A program made the translations under genes and the position numbers. A stretch of DNA of 62,792 nucleotides, counting the filler, from Asterionella formosa (Eukaryota): assembly GCA_002256025.1 (NCBI GenBank). It is 13 parts of 13 records of this genome, joined end to end, with 100 filler letters (N's around TTAATTAATTAA, not from the genome) between each part and the next. Parts side by side here need not be neighbours in the genome. Positions count along the whole stretch, not along the records: positions 49,305 to 50,713 come from NKIB01002571.1; positions 50,814 to 52,225 come from NKIB01002572.1; positions 52,326 to 53,734 come from NKIB01002574.1; positions 53,835 to 55,242 come from NKIB01002575.1; positions 55,343 to 56,750 come from NKIB01002576.1; positions 56,851 to 58,258 come from NKIB01002577.1; positions 58,359 to 59,766 come from NKIB01002579.1; positions 59,867 to 61,284 come from NKIB01002580.1; 5 more parts are not named here. One strand, given 5' to 3'. The notes beneath the pieces were generated by a model. It did no database searches, was not told where the DNA came from, and saw only the letters and a program-made list of their open reading frames with translations. Shown one piece after another: positions 49,881-62,273 of this stretch. The first letter of the stretch is position 1, and each line of letters starts with the position of its first letter.

Positions 49881-50713
49881 ATGTCTACAGAAATGTCTGA
49901 AGAGAGCATGAGGCTCATCAAGTTTGATGGCAACGAAACGAACTGGTACCAGTGGAGCGTTAAAACGCTCGCTCTGGCGAAGGCAAGAGGATTCCGAACG
50001 ATGTACTCCAAGAACCACAACCCGTGTTCTGACGAAGAGTACGAAGTCGAGACAGACAAAGGAGTCAGGGCTATCTACGAGGCCAACGACAAGGCGTACC
50101 AGTTGCTCATCATGAGCTGCACCGGAATCGCCTTCGGACTCGTAAACCAAGCCAAAACGAAAACGTTGATCGATGGCGATGCATACATGGCGTGGAAGAA
50201 CCTCGAAGCGAGGTATGCCCCCCATTCTGTGTCGGACCTGATCCAGCTGGCAAGCGATTTCAACAAATGCAAGCTGAACGATAGCTCCTCTGATCCAGAC
50301 GAATGGTTCATTGAGCTCGATCTAATACAAAGCAAGATGATGGCGATCGACCCGTCATTTGAGAAGAAAGAAATGGAAGTGATTGCGAACGTTATCGACA
50401 AGCTTCCAGTGGAGTACAGCGAGGTTGTTACAGTCGTCGAGGGCATGACAACAATCAGCCTCAACGAATTGAAAGGCAAAATCCGAGCATTCTACAAACG
50501 AAAGCTAAAGGGCACGAAGAGCACAAAGGAGATCGCCCTATTCACGCAGAAATACAGAGGTATCTGCAAGAACTGCGGCAAACAAGGGCACAAGGCCGAC
50601 GTGTGCCGATCGAAAACGAACACAAGCGGAACGAATGCAAACGGTACGAACGAAAAAAATGAGATAAAGTGCTATAATTGCAATAAATATGTCGGGCATA
50701 TTGCAAGAGACTG
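49881..50713 (+). mobile_element. Ty1/copia gag (UBN2-like) with two zinc knuckles, truncated by contig end
   Basis: FDGNETNWYQW, AWKNLEARY, DPDEWFIEL, KLPVEYSEVV, CKNCGKQGHKADVC, CYNCNKYVGHIARD. Confidence 0.92.
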
Positions 50714-50813
50714 NNNNNNNNNNNNNNNNNNNNNNNNNNNNNNNNNNNNNNNNNNNNTTAATTAATTAANNNNNNNNNNNNNNNNNNNNNNNNNNNNNNN
50801 NNNNNNNNNNNNN

Positions 50814-51760
50814 ACTTCCTTTCCTAGAAATCGAATTAAATCAAGGTCAACTCCTGATGTCTTTATAGTCGCCGAATTGGAAGTGACAGACAAGGCAATA
50901 GCAAATTCACCATTATTTTCCTGTAACTTTAAGATAAAGCATGCACCACCTGTAGATGTGCTTATATTGTCAGTCCCGGTGATTGTTGTTTCATTAGTAG
51001 TACCATCATTGGCGAGCGAATCTGTATCATCATGTTCAAAAGGATCTCTTCCCAAAAATTCCCGACATGCAACACCTATGGCAATGTTTTCGATAATTCG
51101 TTGTCCAGAATGAAGGTCCATGAGGTGATGTCGTTTTTGAAATGTTTTAGCTGGTAACTTGCAAAGGAATTTCAAATTCTTTTCCATTGGTCCCCCATTG
51201 AAAACTTGCGGACTGCCAAACCGTTCGATATTTCGGACAGTATGCATCTGCTGGACTGGTTGAAATTTTTCATTTTCCAGCCTTGCTCTGCTGTCGTTTC
51301 TCTTGAGAAATCTTGACTAATTTTGTGTAGCACTTGACAATGGATCGAAAATCAATTCCCATCAATCGATTTACTTCATAACTTTCTTGGCTGAACCAGG
51401 AATTATAACAAACCATGCCCTCGAAAATCATTTGGATGTCTTTTATTTCCTGCATTGACATTCCAACCTCATCCTTGCAAAGATTGATTCCGGCGTCTGT
51501 AGCCATTACCAAACACGCAACAAGCAGCATTGCTTACCCCAACGGTTTCATTTCCTGTAATCTTTGGACAACATCCATGGAATCCAGCACCATGAAAATT
51601 GCACCTTGCTTCTTGGTATATCCCGATCGCTTTGATGTTGCATCCTCATCTTTGACACTTTTGTGAATAATCTATCAAAAGCGGTTCTATTTTTCAACCC
51701 CTGAGCAGAGGAGGTAACATTGCCGAACTTTACCGAGAACAGAAGAATGAGATAACATCG
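50814..51760 (-). pseudogene. Plavaka/CMC-like transposase C-terminal remnant with frameshifts
   Basis: GWKMK...HTVRNIERFGSPQVFNGGPMEKNLKFLCKLPAKTFQKR resembles the conserved C-terminal H..I..FG...E..K motif of these transposases. Confidence 0.65.
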
Positions 51761-52325
51761 TCTGCAAATAAAAACTATCATATTTCCATGATGCATCATA
51801 GGATTGTGATCATCTGATCATAATTTTTCGTTATATCATCTAATAATTTTGATAAATGCCTTTGTAATTTAAATAGTAACCCTTTTGACTACATAAATTT
51901 AATTATTATATGTATTGTTTCTATTTGATTCCTGTGTTCGAATTTCTTGGTAGGATAATGTACCAGTTCAAGTAATGTAATTTGGCTCGTCATTTCCATC
52001 CGCCCTCATCACTGTTGTAACAACTACCGTATTCGACCGTATCGTAGGCCTTGAACCTAGTACTGTGTTAATCGAATACAGTTGATGAAATTGATAGCAA
52101 CGAGGAAGTTGTCAAACTTAAACTTTCACTTTACTAACTGGATTGTTTCGAGAAAGTAATGGTCTCGAAACACTCTTATTATTCACATTGCATTTTATCA
52201 TTTTTTCCTGACCTCTGATTGCTTTNNNNNNNNNNNNNNNNNNNNNNNNNNNNNNNNNNNNNNNNNNNNTTAATTAATTAANNNNNNNNNNNNNNNNNNN
52301 NNNNNNNNNNNNNNNNNNNNNNNNN

Positions 52326-53008
52326 TTGTCAGCTACTCATCCTCTGGTTCTTTTTCTATATTGTACTTGCTAGAGTTATCGCTGTAGACTATTTGTAGCT
52401 GCTCCGAGACGGAGAAGGCCATTGTGGCACATCTCAATTTCGATTCACTACGGAGACATGCAATGCTCAACGATGTTCAACAAGTACCAACGGTGCTTTA
52501 TTTCCAATCTGGCAGGCTATTGTAATCTCTACAATCAACAATGACTTAATTATGTGTCTATAACATCAACTACTACTACGTGTGCTGAATTCTACAGTGT
52601 GAATCTTCCTCTTGCATGTGTTATTCTTTGCCAGTTCAGATCAAAGAAATATGTCGGAGCGGAAAAAATAATAAGTGAATCGGAATTGGCGACTCTTTCG
52701 TTCATTATATGGTGAAAGCAGCATAATATTGCGGCAGAGCAGCATAATTTCGCTTTTAAACTGTTGCGATGGCTAGTTGGTCAACATATATTGTCACGAA
52801 CACACATAATTATTGGTGTGATCACATAATTATTCGATAAGTGAAATAAATTTTTGTTTAACCCGAATAAATTAGGGAAAAAGTAGCATAATATTTCAAA
52901 AAAGTAACATAATATTTTAGAAAAGTAACATAATATTTTAAAAAAGTAGCATAAATACGTCACTTTACACATAAATTCGAAAAAGTGCCGTAAACGGCGT
53001 CTTAGATG
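52326..53008 (+). mobile_element. Terminal segment of the large element, ending GTCTTAGATG and abutting copia RT sequence
   Basis: Homologous to 37095-37761; sharp switch from AT-rich to C-rich coding sequence at 53009. Confidence 0.8.
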
Positions 53009-53734
53009 TGTCAGCACACGTCCTGATGTCTCTGTGGCCCTCACTCTCCTGGCTCAGCACAACTCCTATGCCACCCCTGCTCACCTTTTAGGTGCCAAGT
53101 ATGTGTTACGATACCTGGCTGGCTCTGCCGATCATGGCATTGCCTTTACCTCGCAATTTGCTTCCTCATACCTCTCCACCACCTTTGGCTGGCCCAAGGA
53201 CACTCCCACTCTCACCACTTACACCGATGCCAACTGGGGCCCCCAAGATGCTTCCAAACCCAACCCCACCGACATCATCTCTCTTGCCGAGTGTTGCTCC
53301 CTTCTTGGTTCCATCAGTACACGTACAGGTGGCCCCATTGCCTGGCATGTCATTCGTGAACCTCGTGTGAGCCGCAGTACCTGCGAATCTGAAATCAAAT
53401 CTGCAGATGAGGGCACCAAGGTTACCCAATTCATCCGCCATATCCTTAGTGACCTCCACATGCCTGATGTAACTCTCCCCACCCCTCTTTCGAATGACAA
53501 CCGAGGTGCTGTGGACTGGTCCCACAACTGTGCTAACAAAAAGATGCGGCATATTAATATCCGCAACATGGCTGTGCGCGACGCTCACCGTTTTTCCGAA
53601 ATCTTTGTCACCCACCTCCCAGGGGATACCAATGTTGCTGATCTGTTCACCAAAGAACATAAAGATGATGCCCATTTTCTCCGCCTCCGCAATATTATTG
53701 TCCCGTCTCATGGGAATTTTCTCACTTGAGGGGG
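53009..53734 (+). mobile_element. Ty1/copia RT C-terminus + RNase H of a second, C-rich family, with PPT
   Basis: STRPDV, KYVLRYLAGS, YTDANWG, SRSTCESEI, NDNRGAVDW, KMRHINIR, NVADLFTKE; GAGGGGG at contig end. Confidence 0.93.
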
Positions 53735-54170
53735 NNNNNNNNNNNNNNNNNNNNNNNNNNNNNNNNNNNNNNNNNNNNTTAATTAATTAANNNNNNNNNN
53801 NNNNNNNNNNNNNNNNNNNNNNNNNNNNNNNNNNAGGAGACAAATATATTTTATGTAAATCTCCTGACCATCCGAAAAAACTGTGGGTTCAGATATGAAC
53901 AGGCTACACACAATATATTCCACACATGAGTGTACCACAGGACGGAATCCAGGATCCGTTCGTATGCCATATTTGATGTCGAAATCAACAGAACGCCATC
54001 ATAAATAATATATATATTTTTTTTAAATCACATACACCATGTATATATATTGTTTTGAAGGAGCATGGTGATATGGTACATTACCTGTAACCTGGTACCC
54101 TACTCCGAGTACCGGTACCAGGTACCAGGTACCAGGTACCAGGTGTATACCAGGGGCAACTCACCAAGAA

Positions 54171-54345
54171 GTAATAGGCGATAGAATACGAAAATGATCA
54201 CGTGACTACGATATCATAAAGCTGTGCAAATGATGCTTTTGCTTTGGCTGTTACTGCCACTCCTGCATGGGTGTAATAGGCGATAGAAAACGAAAATGAT
54301 CACGTGACTACGACAAATAACGCCCTGTGCAAATATGCTACTTAA
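54171..54345 (+). repeat. Short direct duplication, ~102 bp period
   Basis: GTAATAGGCGATAGAA(T/A)ACGAAAATGATCACGTGACTACGA at 54171 and 54273. Confidence 0.85.
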
Positions 54346-54366
54346 CAACGAGGTACCAGTACCTGG

Positions 54367-55242
54367 GGAGCGATCCTGCACATTGATACAGATGCATATA
54401 GGGTTAGGGTTATATCAAATATATCAGAACTCGACTAACACCTGTTGTATACTGTGATGTCAACTTGGGAAACAAGTTGTACATAAGATTTATTAGCTCA
54501 TATATTCAACAAATACTACTACTTCTAGTTAGATACTTCACTTTGAATTCAAAAAGAGTCCAATTAGAAGAAAACAAACATGGCAATGTATTCAAGGGTT
54601 CCTGTCATCCTTTGATCAAAGATTACAATGTGTTGACTATCAAGACTAAAACATTCAGAGTTGCTTTAACCGGTGGAAGGTTTGAATCGTTTGATCAAGA
54701 TATAATCGATGGAAGCTCTGTGGAAGCATTGTTGATCAGAGTGAATCAATTTCGTGACATGGCTAACACATGTGCCTTTAGCCCTGCAGATACCTTTTCC
54801 TACTTTAAAAGGTGTTTGACCAACATTGCCTTATCGGATTGGTTAAATGTGGAAGTACACCCAGAAGATCAATCCTATGATATTTTCGATGAAGCAATGA
54901 CTTTATGGTGAGATGATTGTTTACCAAACAAGAGTTTTCAACGTCAACAACAATGGATGCTACGCTACTTGTCTAAACCCTTTTCTATGTTGGTAATGGA
55001 TTTCGGAGCTCGTATTAAATTTTTGAATAGGCTACTTCAACTAATGCCTCATCCAGAAGATCAAAATGGATTGTCAAAAGAAGATATGCGGATTATCATC
55101 ATCCGATCTATTCCTGATGAGTGGCAACAAGAGTTTGAATTGAATCATGCTAAACTTCAGACCAACCAATTCGCTCGGTTCTCGCTTACTTCGAGAGTCA
55201 ACAATCGTTTAAGGATCGAAACAAGCATCTTCCCAAGAACAG
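54367..55242 (+). mobile_element. Gypsy-like family, copy 2: putative LTR (54367-54500) + disrupted gag from ATG 54580
   Basis: Frameshift near 54610 and premature TGA at 54909; QQWMLRYLSKPFSM...RIKFLNRLLQLMP...IPDEWQQEF resembles stramenopile gypsy gag. Confidence 0.8.
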
Positions 55243-55377
55243 NNNNNNNNNNNNNNNNNNNNNNNNNNNNNNNNNNNNNNNNNNNNTTAATTAATTAANN
55301 NNNNNNNNNNNNNNNNNNNNNNNNNNNNNNNNNNNNNNNNNNTTCACATATTTGTTACACATTTTCAAAATTAGATA

Positions 55378-56496
55378 ATGGGAGCGCTCTTAGAGAAGCC
55401 AATCACCGAAAAAGAAACAGAGCAAGGGGCACACGGTGATATCCGATATGCCGTTTCTAGCATGCAGGGATGGCGGCCAGAAATGGAAGACGCGCACGTG
55501 GCTCGTTTGGATTTGGAACAATTAGAAGGCTTTGCCATTTTTTGCGTCTTTGATGGCCATGGCGGTGCGTTCACGTCCAAGTTTGCACAGGAGCATGTTA
55601 TCAGCGTCCTATGCCGGCAAGAACACTTCCAAATGTATCAAGCGTTGCCAGCTCAGTCGCTGCGAGATCATCCGATTGGATTGGAGCTATTGCAGTCAGC
55701 GCTACTTACGACGTATTTGGAATTAGACGAAGACATGGTCAATAATAATGCGCGATTGATTGTTGGAGAAGATGGGTCGCACAAGGTAGATAAATCGGGT
55801 TCGACTGCATGCTCTATAGTGGTCACGCCGAAACATATTCTATGTATCAACGCAGGAGATTCGCGAGCAATGTATAGAACAGGAGGCCATACAATACAGT
55901 TGTCATTTGACCATAAACCACATAATGCAGAAGAACGAGCGAGAATTGAGGCTGCAGGGGGCTACGTCAGCATGAAACGAGTGGATGGGGACTTGGCAGT
56001 ATCGAGATGTCTTGGAGACTTTCACTATAAGTCATCCCCTGAACTGCCTCCTGATTTGCAAAAAGTTACGTGCATTCCTGACTTTGTCGTTGTGAATAGA
56101 GATTTATTATGCGATGAGTTCATCCTCTTGGCATGTGACGGGATTTGGGATGTTTTGTCTTGTTGGCAATGTTCAGATTTGATTCAAACAATACTAGACG
56201 AGGGAGAGACTGATTTGGGATTGGTGGTGGAAGAAGTACTAGATGTTTGTCTGGAAAAACAATCCAAAGACAACATGACGGCCTTGCTAGTGGCATTCCG
56301 AAATTTGAGGTTTGGGTCTGGTGGAGGAGTGGCGGCTCGACGGTTGCTACGACAAAAAAGAGTAGAAGAAGACGAAAGAAAGAGGGAAGAGAAGGAACAC
56401 GCTAAGCGCAAGTTGAAAGCAGAAGCGGAAGAAGTGAGGAGAAGGTTGGCACAGAGAGCGAAGAATCGAGAAGAATGGGACTCTGACAGTGACTAG
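55378..56496 (+). CDS. Protein phosphatase 2C (PPM1A/B-like)
   Basis: MGALLEKP, SMQGWRPEMEDAH, VFDGHGG, SGSTA, NAGDSR, DHKP, LAVSRCLGD, LACDGIWDV, SKDNMT. Confidence 0.96.
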   Translation: MGALLEKPITEKETEQGAHGDIRYAVSSMQGWRPEMEDAHVARLDLEQLEGFAIFCVFDGHGGAFTSKFAQEHVISVLCRQEHFQMYQALPAQSLRDHPIGLELLQSALLTTYLELDEDMVNNNARLIVGEDGSHKVDKSGSTACSIVVTPKHILCINAGDSRAMYRTGGHTIQLSFDHKPHNAEERARIEAAGGYVSMKRVDGDLAVSRCLGDFHYKSSPELPPDLQKVTCIPDFVVVNRDLLCDEFILLACDGIWDVLSCWQCSDLIQTILDEGETDLGLVVEEVLDVCLEKQSKDNMTALLVAFRNLRFGSGGGVAARRLLRQKRVEEDERKREEKEHAKRKLKAEAEEVRRRLAQRAKNREEWDSDSD

Positions 56497-56850
56497 ATAT
56501 GCGTTGACGACGATGCTTGAGCTAGACCATTGCGGTGGAGATGCGAGACACTCTCGCTTCAATCCAATTCAACTGGTCAAGGATCGCAGTTTATCATTCA
56601 GTCAATTTTCTGACTGCTTTGTGAGAATTCGTATATCCTTGGCCAGTAACGAGAAATCGCCGATTGCTTTGTCCATGCGATTGATAACAACTCTTTGGTC
56701 CATTCACCCAGACAAGGTCTTCCTTAGTTGCTACTGCTTCGCCTTTAGGTNNNNNNNNNNNNNNNNNNNNNNNNNNNNNNNNNNNNNNNNNNNNTTAATT
56801 AATTAANNNNNNNNNNNNNNNNNNNNNNNNNNNNNNNNNNNNNNNNNNNN

Positions 56851-57297
56851 TTGCAATGTTTGTAGGTTATGTTGTCTCCAAGCTAATTCTAGGGATTCGC
56901 GCAATGTTTTCTTGTGAGTGTTGTATGCGCTAATGTATTCGGGTTTTGTGATAACATTGTGAATTGTATTCATATCCTCTTTGTACAAGGATCCTCCTTC
57001 TTTGATTTCTTCATTCACAGTAAGTATCTTCACAATGCTTGCTCTGTATATTCTGTATCTTGATTCTCCTAGCATGGATAAGATTTGCAATATTGGTCTT
57101 CTTATGAAAGTGAAAAATATTTTCATAGTAATGATTCCATTGCTACGTAATATTTCTTTGAATTCGTCTTCAATGCCCATTATGTTAGTTAACATTGTTC
57201 CAAGTTCATTCTCCATTTCTGCTTCATTATCAATGTCTTCATCATTGTCATCCCAGGCCATTTCATAACTCTCTGGGATAATTGGATTAGTACTCAT
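56851..57297 (-). CDS. 5' end of an unidentified ORF, possibly a retroelement ORF1/gag; truncated by contig end
   Basis: ATG-initiated, 149 codons open into the gap; A-rich coding strand; no recognisable motif. Confidence 0.4.
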
Positions 57298-58358
57298 TGT
57301 TTAATAGTTGTTGTTGTTTTGTCTCGTTGCTATCGAGAGTCGTTTTATACTCTGTACGGAGTGGTTATATATGGGATCTCAACAGGTTTCTCTTCCTTGT
57401 TGGGGCTTACAGCCTCTTTTGGTTTTCTAGTATCTTCCGCAGACACGCGTATCCATACCAGCAGAGGACTCTCTACTCTGATCAATGTCGACTCCTTGTC
57501 CTAAGCTCGACACCTGCAACCTTGTCCTTGACACAGTTGACTTCTTTCCTGTCTCTGTCAGTATTCACTGTAACTTGGGCAGACACGCCGTTGCTTCGCA
57601 GTGACTCTTCTCTTTCTTCACTTGCTCACGGTGAGCGGAATGGGTCCTGATAAACTAGTGGAGGGAAAATGGGCTGGCTAACCTTGTTAACCAGAAACCG
57701 TCTTAAACAGTGACGATATTCTCAGTGGCAATACCGGATAATATAGGTTAAAATGTAAAACGTAAACTAAAATTATGATATAAACTGTGAAAAATGGAAA
57801 TGATCTCCAATGGTCAATCCATTCCTCTCTTCCTGTAGGTTAATACTAATTCCATACGTAAATAGTGCATACGTAATCCCCGAATTGACGTGGTATGCAA
57901 CCATACGTATTCCTTTTTCTCAAATTCTCAAGATCGGAACATATCCAGCTGTTTTGATCTTCCTCTATATATAGTAAACCCCTAATAATGATCATACTTG
58001 CGCCACATAAATTATAAAATCATGCCAAAATCAAGGAAACCGCCACGATGAAGGTTGCTTCTGCATGGTCAGTTTGATGTGATTGTGACTCTTTCTGATC
58101 TTCTACTTCTCACACCTCTTACTCCTTTCTTAATTACAGCTTCTCATGAAAGAAAATTCAAGATTCAACGACGAATTGAGGTCGTTGTCAAGGTTGTTTT
58201 GCTGGCGCTTATCTTGGTATGATGTTGATTGTTATTTCATTTATTCCTTGCCTTTTGTNNNNNNNNNNNNNNNNNNNNNNNNNNNNNNNNNNNNNNNNNN
58301 NNTTAATTAATTAANNNNNNNNNNNNNNNNNNNNNNNNNNNNNNNNNNNNNNNNNNNN

Positions 58359-59064
58359 GAGGCATTAGTTGAAGTAGCCTGTTTAAAGTTTTAATACGAG
58401 CTCCGTAATCCATTACCAACATGGAAAAGGGTTTAGATAAATAACGTAGCATCCATTGTCGTTGATGTTGAAAACTCTCATTTGGCAAACGATCGTCTAA
58501 CCATAAAGCCATCGCTTCTTCGAAACTATCGTAAGATTGATCTTCTGGGTGTACTTCCACATTCAACCAATCCGATAAGGCAATGTCTGTCAAACACCTT
58601 TTAAAATAGGAAAAGGTATCTGCAGGGCTAAAGTCACATGTGTTAGCCATATCACGAAATTGACTAACTCCAATTAACAATGCTTCCACTGAGCTTCCAT
58701 CGATCTTATCTTGATCAAACGATTCAAACCTTCCACCGGTTAAAGCAACTCTGAACGTTTTAGTCTTGATAGTCAATACATTGTAGTCTTTGATCAAAGG
58801 AATCACAGGAACCCTTGAATACATTGCCATGTTTGTTGTCTTCTAATTCGACTCTTTTTGAATTCAAAGTGAAGTATCTAACTAGAAGTAATAGTATTTG
58901 TTGAATATATGAGCTTATTAATTAATCCTTATGTATAACTCATTTCCTGAACTGACATCAAAGTATAGAATGGGTGTTAGTCGAGTTCTCTCATTATTGA
59001 ATTCCGATATATTTGACATAACCCCAACTCTATATATATCTGTATCGATGTGCAGGATTGCTCA
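58359..59064 (-). mobile_element. Gypsy-like family, copy 3: putative LTR (59064-58910) + open gag from 58830
   Basis: MAMYSRVPVIPLIKDYNVL... uninterrupted to contig end; closely similar to copy 2. Confidence 0.82.
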
Positions 59065-59866
59065 CCAGGTACCACCAGGTAGCAGGAATACAATAGGAGT
59101 GACTACGGGTACACCGTTACGTATGAGCGATTGTTACCAGGTAGTCATGGGAAAAGGAAAGCGAACAGCCAACCAAAATTACAAAGATTTTGTTCCGATT
59201 TCTGATATAAAGCGAGGCGGATTCGGAAATAATGTTGTGCATCAGCAAAATAATACAAATTTTTAGAAAGTACAAAATTATATTATATTTTGTAATGTGC
59301 ACGAATTTCCTTCATTACACATTATTTATCATTTCCATCCTTGGGTTGCTGTGAATGTAATAAAACAAAACATATGTACCCGATCTCACCTCGCTCTGTT
59401 CGATGTGCACAGAAGCAGACTGGAAATTTACATCTCTGTTGTATCATTTGATTGTATCTAAAATACTGTCCCGATCATTGCTACGACACCAGAAGCAGGA
59501 GTGCACCACATCAATTACTCCTCCTAGTAACAACACTACATACCCGGACTCTCGTTCTACTTGCCATCAAGTGTATCTAATGATTAATAGGGGCGGCATT
59601 ATACAACATGCCAACCACCAATACTTTTACTTCTTCGAGGACTACTCCTAATAACAACGAATCCTCCGAGGCGAATAATAGTACCAGTACCACTGCCAAC
59701 CGTCAACTGTTGACAAGGGCAAGTGATCCAAGCGACATTGCTACACCAATTTCTACCCATCCTCCTNNNNNNNNNNNNNNNNNNNNNNNNNNNNNNNNNN
59801 NNNNNNNNNNTTAATTAATTAANNNNNNNNNNNNNNNNNNNNNNNNNNNNNNNNNNNNNNNNNNNN

Positions 59867-60126
59867 GTGAAGTACCACATAATTAACACTCGTACGTAAA
59901 CGAAATTTCGAAAAGTCAAATGAATTATTTGAAACATCAACTAATTCAGTCTCGCGTTCAAAATTCATTGTGAAAACTTCACATGAAGCAGTTAAAACTT
60001 CACATGAAACCGTTAAAAGTAATCTTTTTTACGTGAAGAGTGGCATTAATGCATGTGAAGTACCACATAATTAACACTCATACGTAGACAAAATTTCGAA
60101 AAGTGGCGTATTTTGTGTCTTAGATG
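59867..60126 (+). mobile_element. Element end terminating GTCTTAGATG, with ~50 bp subterminal direct repeats
   Basis: GTGAAGTACCACATAATTAACACTC..TACGTA..AAATTTCGAAAAGT at 59867 and 60056; last 35 bp resemble 52974-53008. Confidence 0.6.
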
Positions 60127-60674
60127 CACTCCTATGTAAGACAAAATAACCAGAACACTCCTTTGCGTGGTTTACTATTAGCTAAGACATCATCAGATGT
60201 TATACGAATTGCAGATTGCAGATCAGAACCTTCATCAGTAGAAGCGTCAACCGGACATGCAGTCGGCAGAGAAGGGTGCTGTGTCGAACAGTCATCGATC
60301 CCCAGATCTTCCGTTGTGTCACGCACACCCTTGTATTTGATTCACTTCTGATAGGCGATAAAAGAGTATAGCGTCGATGTGGTAGACAAAGGACAGCGGT
60401 GAGGCCGTCGACAGAACCTCATGGAGTTTTAATTCAACAAGATGTTTAAGTTTATTTTAATTTATGATGTTTTACCAGTACTAGTATAATCCCTCAACAT
60501 AACACAACACAGCCAGTGCACCAGGTACACAGGTACAGGTACAGGTACAGGTACGAGTCGTGCCCAAAAGTACTCACCAGGTACCAGGTAGCAGTAGCAG
60601 TACTCTAGGAACCCTGGTACAGTACTGGTACTGGTGCAACTACCGGTACTCCAGTACGAGGTACCAGGTACCCC

Positions 60675-60979
60675 TGGTAGAATTTCTTGGACAATACCAT
60701 GGCATACTGCAGGGTTCCATCGGTCCGTTGGTAGAATATTCTACCAAAATGTGAAAAAAAATTCTACCCCCAGTACTACTGGGTAGAATTTTTGCCTGTC
60801 TCTATACCATATTTTCACCACGGTCAAGCAAGGGAGGAATACCGGACAGTATTGACCTGTCCAGAGTAGAACACTACCGGAGCCCTACAGAAAAATACTA
60901 CTTTGGTAGAATTTCGTCAATAATGTGCCAGTATTGACAATTAATTCTACCCCCAATACTACCATTTTTTGTCGTAGTG
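60675..60979. mobile_element. CACTA/EnSpm-like element end
   Basis: Ends TTTTTTGTCGTAGTG (CACTACGACAAAAAA on the minus strand); subterminal GGTAGAATT/AATTCTACC repeats in both orientations. Confidence 0.65.
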
Positions 60980-62273
60980 AAAGCTAGTGCACTAGTTAAC
61001 TATCATGATGCACGTACAAAGCATGCACTGTGTGTGAGTGGGTGGTGCCACCGTGCTGGTACCAGGTACCAGGGTTACCAGGGGCGATGCTGTTACAATG
61101 CATGAAGTACACTGGTACTGGTGCCTGGTACTACGGTATGTTCCAGGTACCTGGTACCAGCACCTGGTGTTGCCGGATTTTGCTAGCTTCATTGTTGTGT
61201 GTAATGCTGATTCAACTGGTCTGGTATTTATACTGGGTGAGAAGCAGGCAATGAAATAACAAGGTACAGTACATTGAAAAAAATNNNNNNNNNNNNNNNN
61301 NNNNNNNNNNNNNNNNNNNNNNNNNNNNTTAATTAATTAANNNNNNNNNNNNNNNNNNNNNNNNNNNNNNNNNNNNNNNNNNNNCACATTGTTAAGACAA
61401 AACTGAACACTGACCAACTCTTCAGGAGACAATTTCTTTCGAGGCAAGGCATTGCCTTGTCGAGGCGCTTTCGAGGTCATGGTGTTGGTGTTGTGATGGG
61501 TGATGGGTGATGGGTGATTGTTGTGTGTTTGCATTTAATTTTTGTACTCATAATTCGGGCGCACCAGGAATTCCTATTTGACGTTTTCCATTAGTGAATT
61601 TATCTCTTTATTATGGCGCACGAGCGAAAGCGCAATGCCGTCGTAGTCATATTAAATAAATTTTAGAGGATACTAAATTAGTTTTCTAGCGGAGGAATAT
61701 TCTCATACCTGAATACGTATATAAAAGGTGATGCTTGCTCAATCGAGTAAACGTGAAAATATCCAATTTTCGCAATTTCACGTCGACAGCAACCTTTGGG
61801 CGATAATACCTAATTAACAATGTACACAATGCAACAATACAAGTACGGAAGTATTTACTCGCTATATAAATCTGAACAACTCGTTCGTGACAATAAATAG
61901 CGTATCTTGTAAACTAAGTTCAAACCGTGCGTTTACTCCGTTTAGCGGTGGCTTACAGTTCAAAAGTCGCCGTAGCGGTGGCTTACAGTTTTTAAGTGGT
62001 ACTCAAAAATGTTAGCCAGCATTCTTACGTGCATCTATTCTAGAGGTACATAGCTATATACCAATACTTATCTCGTAGCATAAATAGCTGCGGGTACATA
62101 ATGCAATATGTACTATGGGCTAGTATACAGCATCACGTACTAATCATGATCAATCCCGTGTACATGTATGTGTACTACATATGGGTACCATGGTAGTCGT
62201 GTGCGTAATATGAAAGGGTACACCTTTCATTAGGGTTGACCTGGTATACATACACAGTGTGTATTGTGTAAAT

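Noticed and set aside
54400..54412. TAGGGTTAGGGTT as a telomeric repeat
   Set aside because: Only two units, inside the LTR, and not conserved in the other two LTR copies
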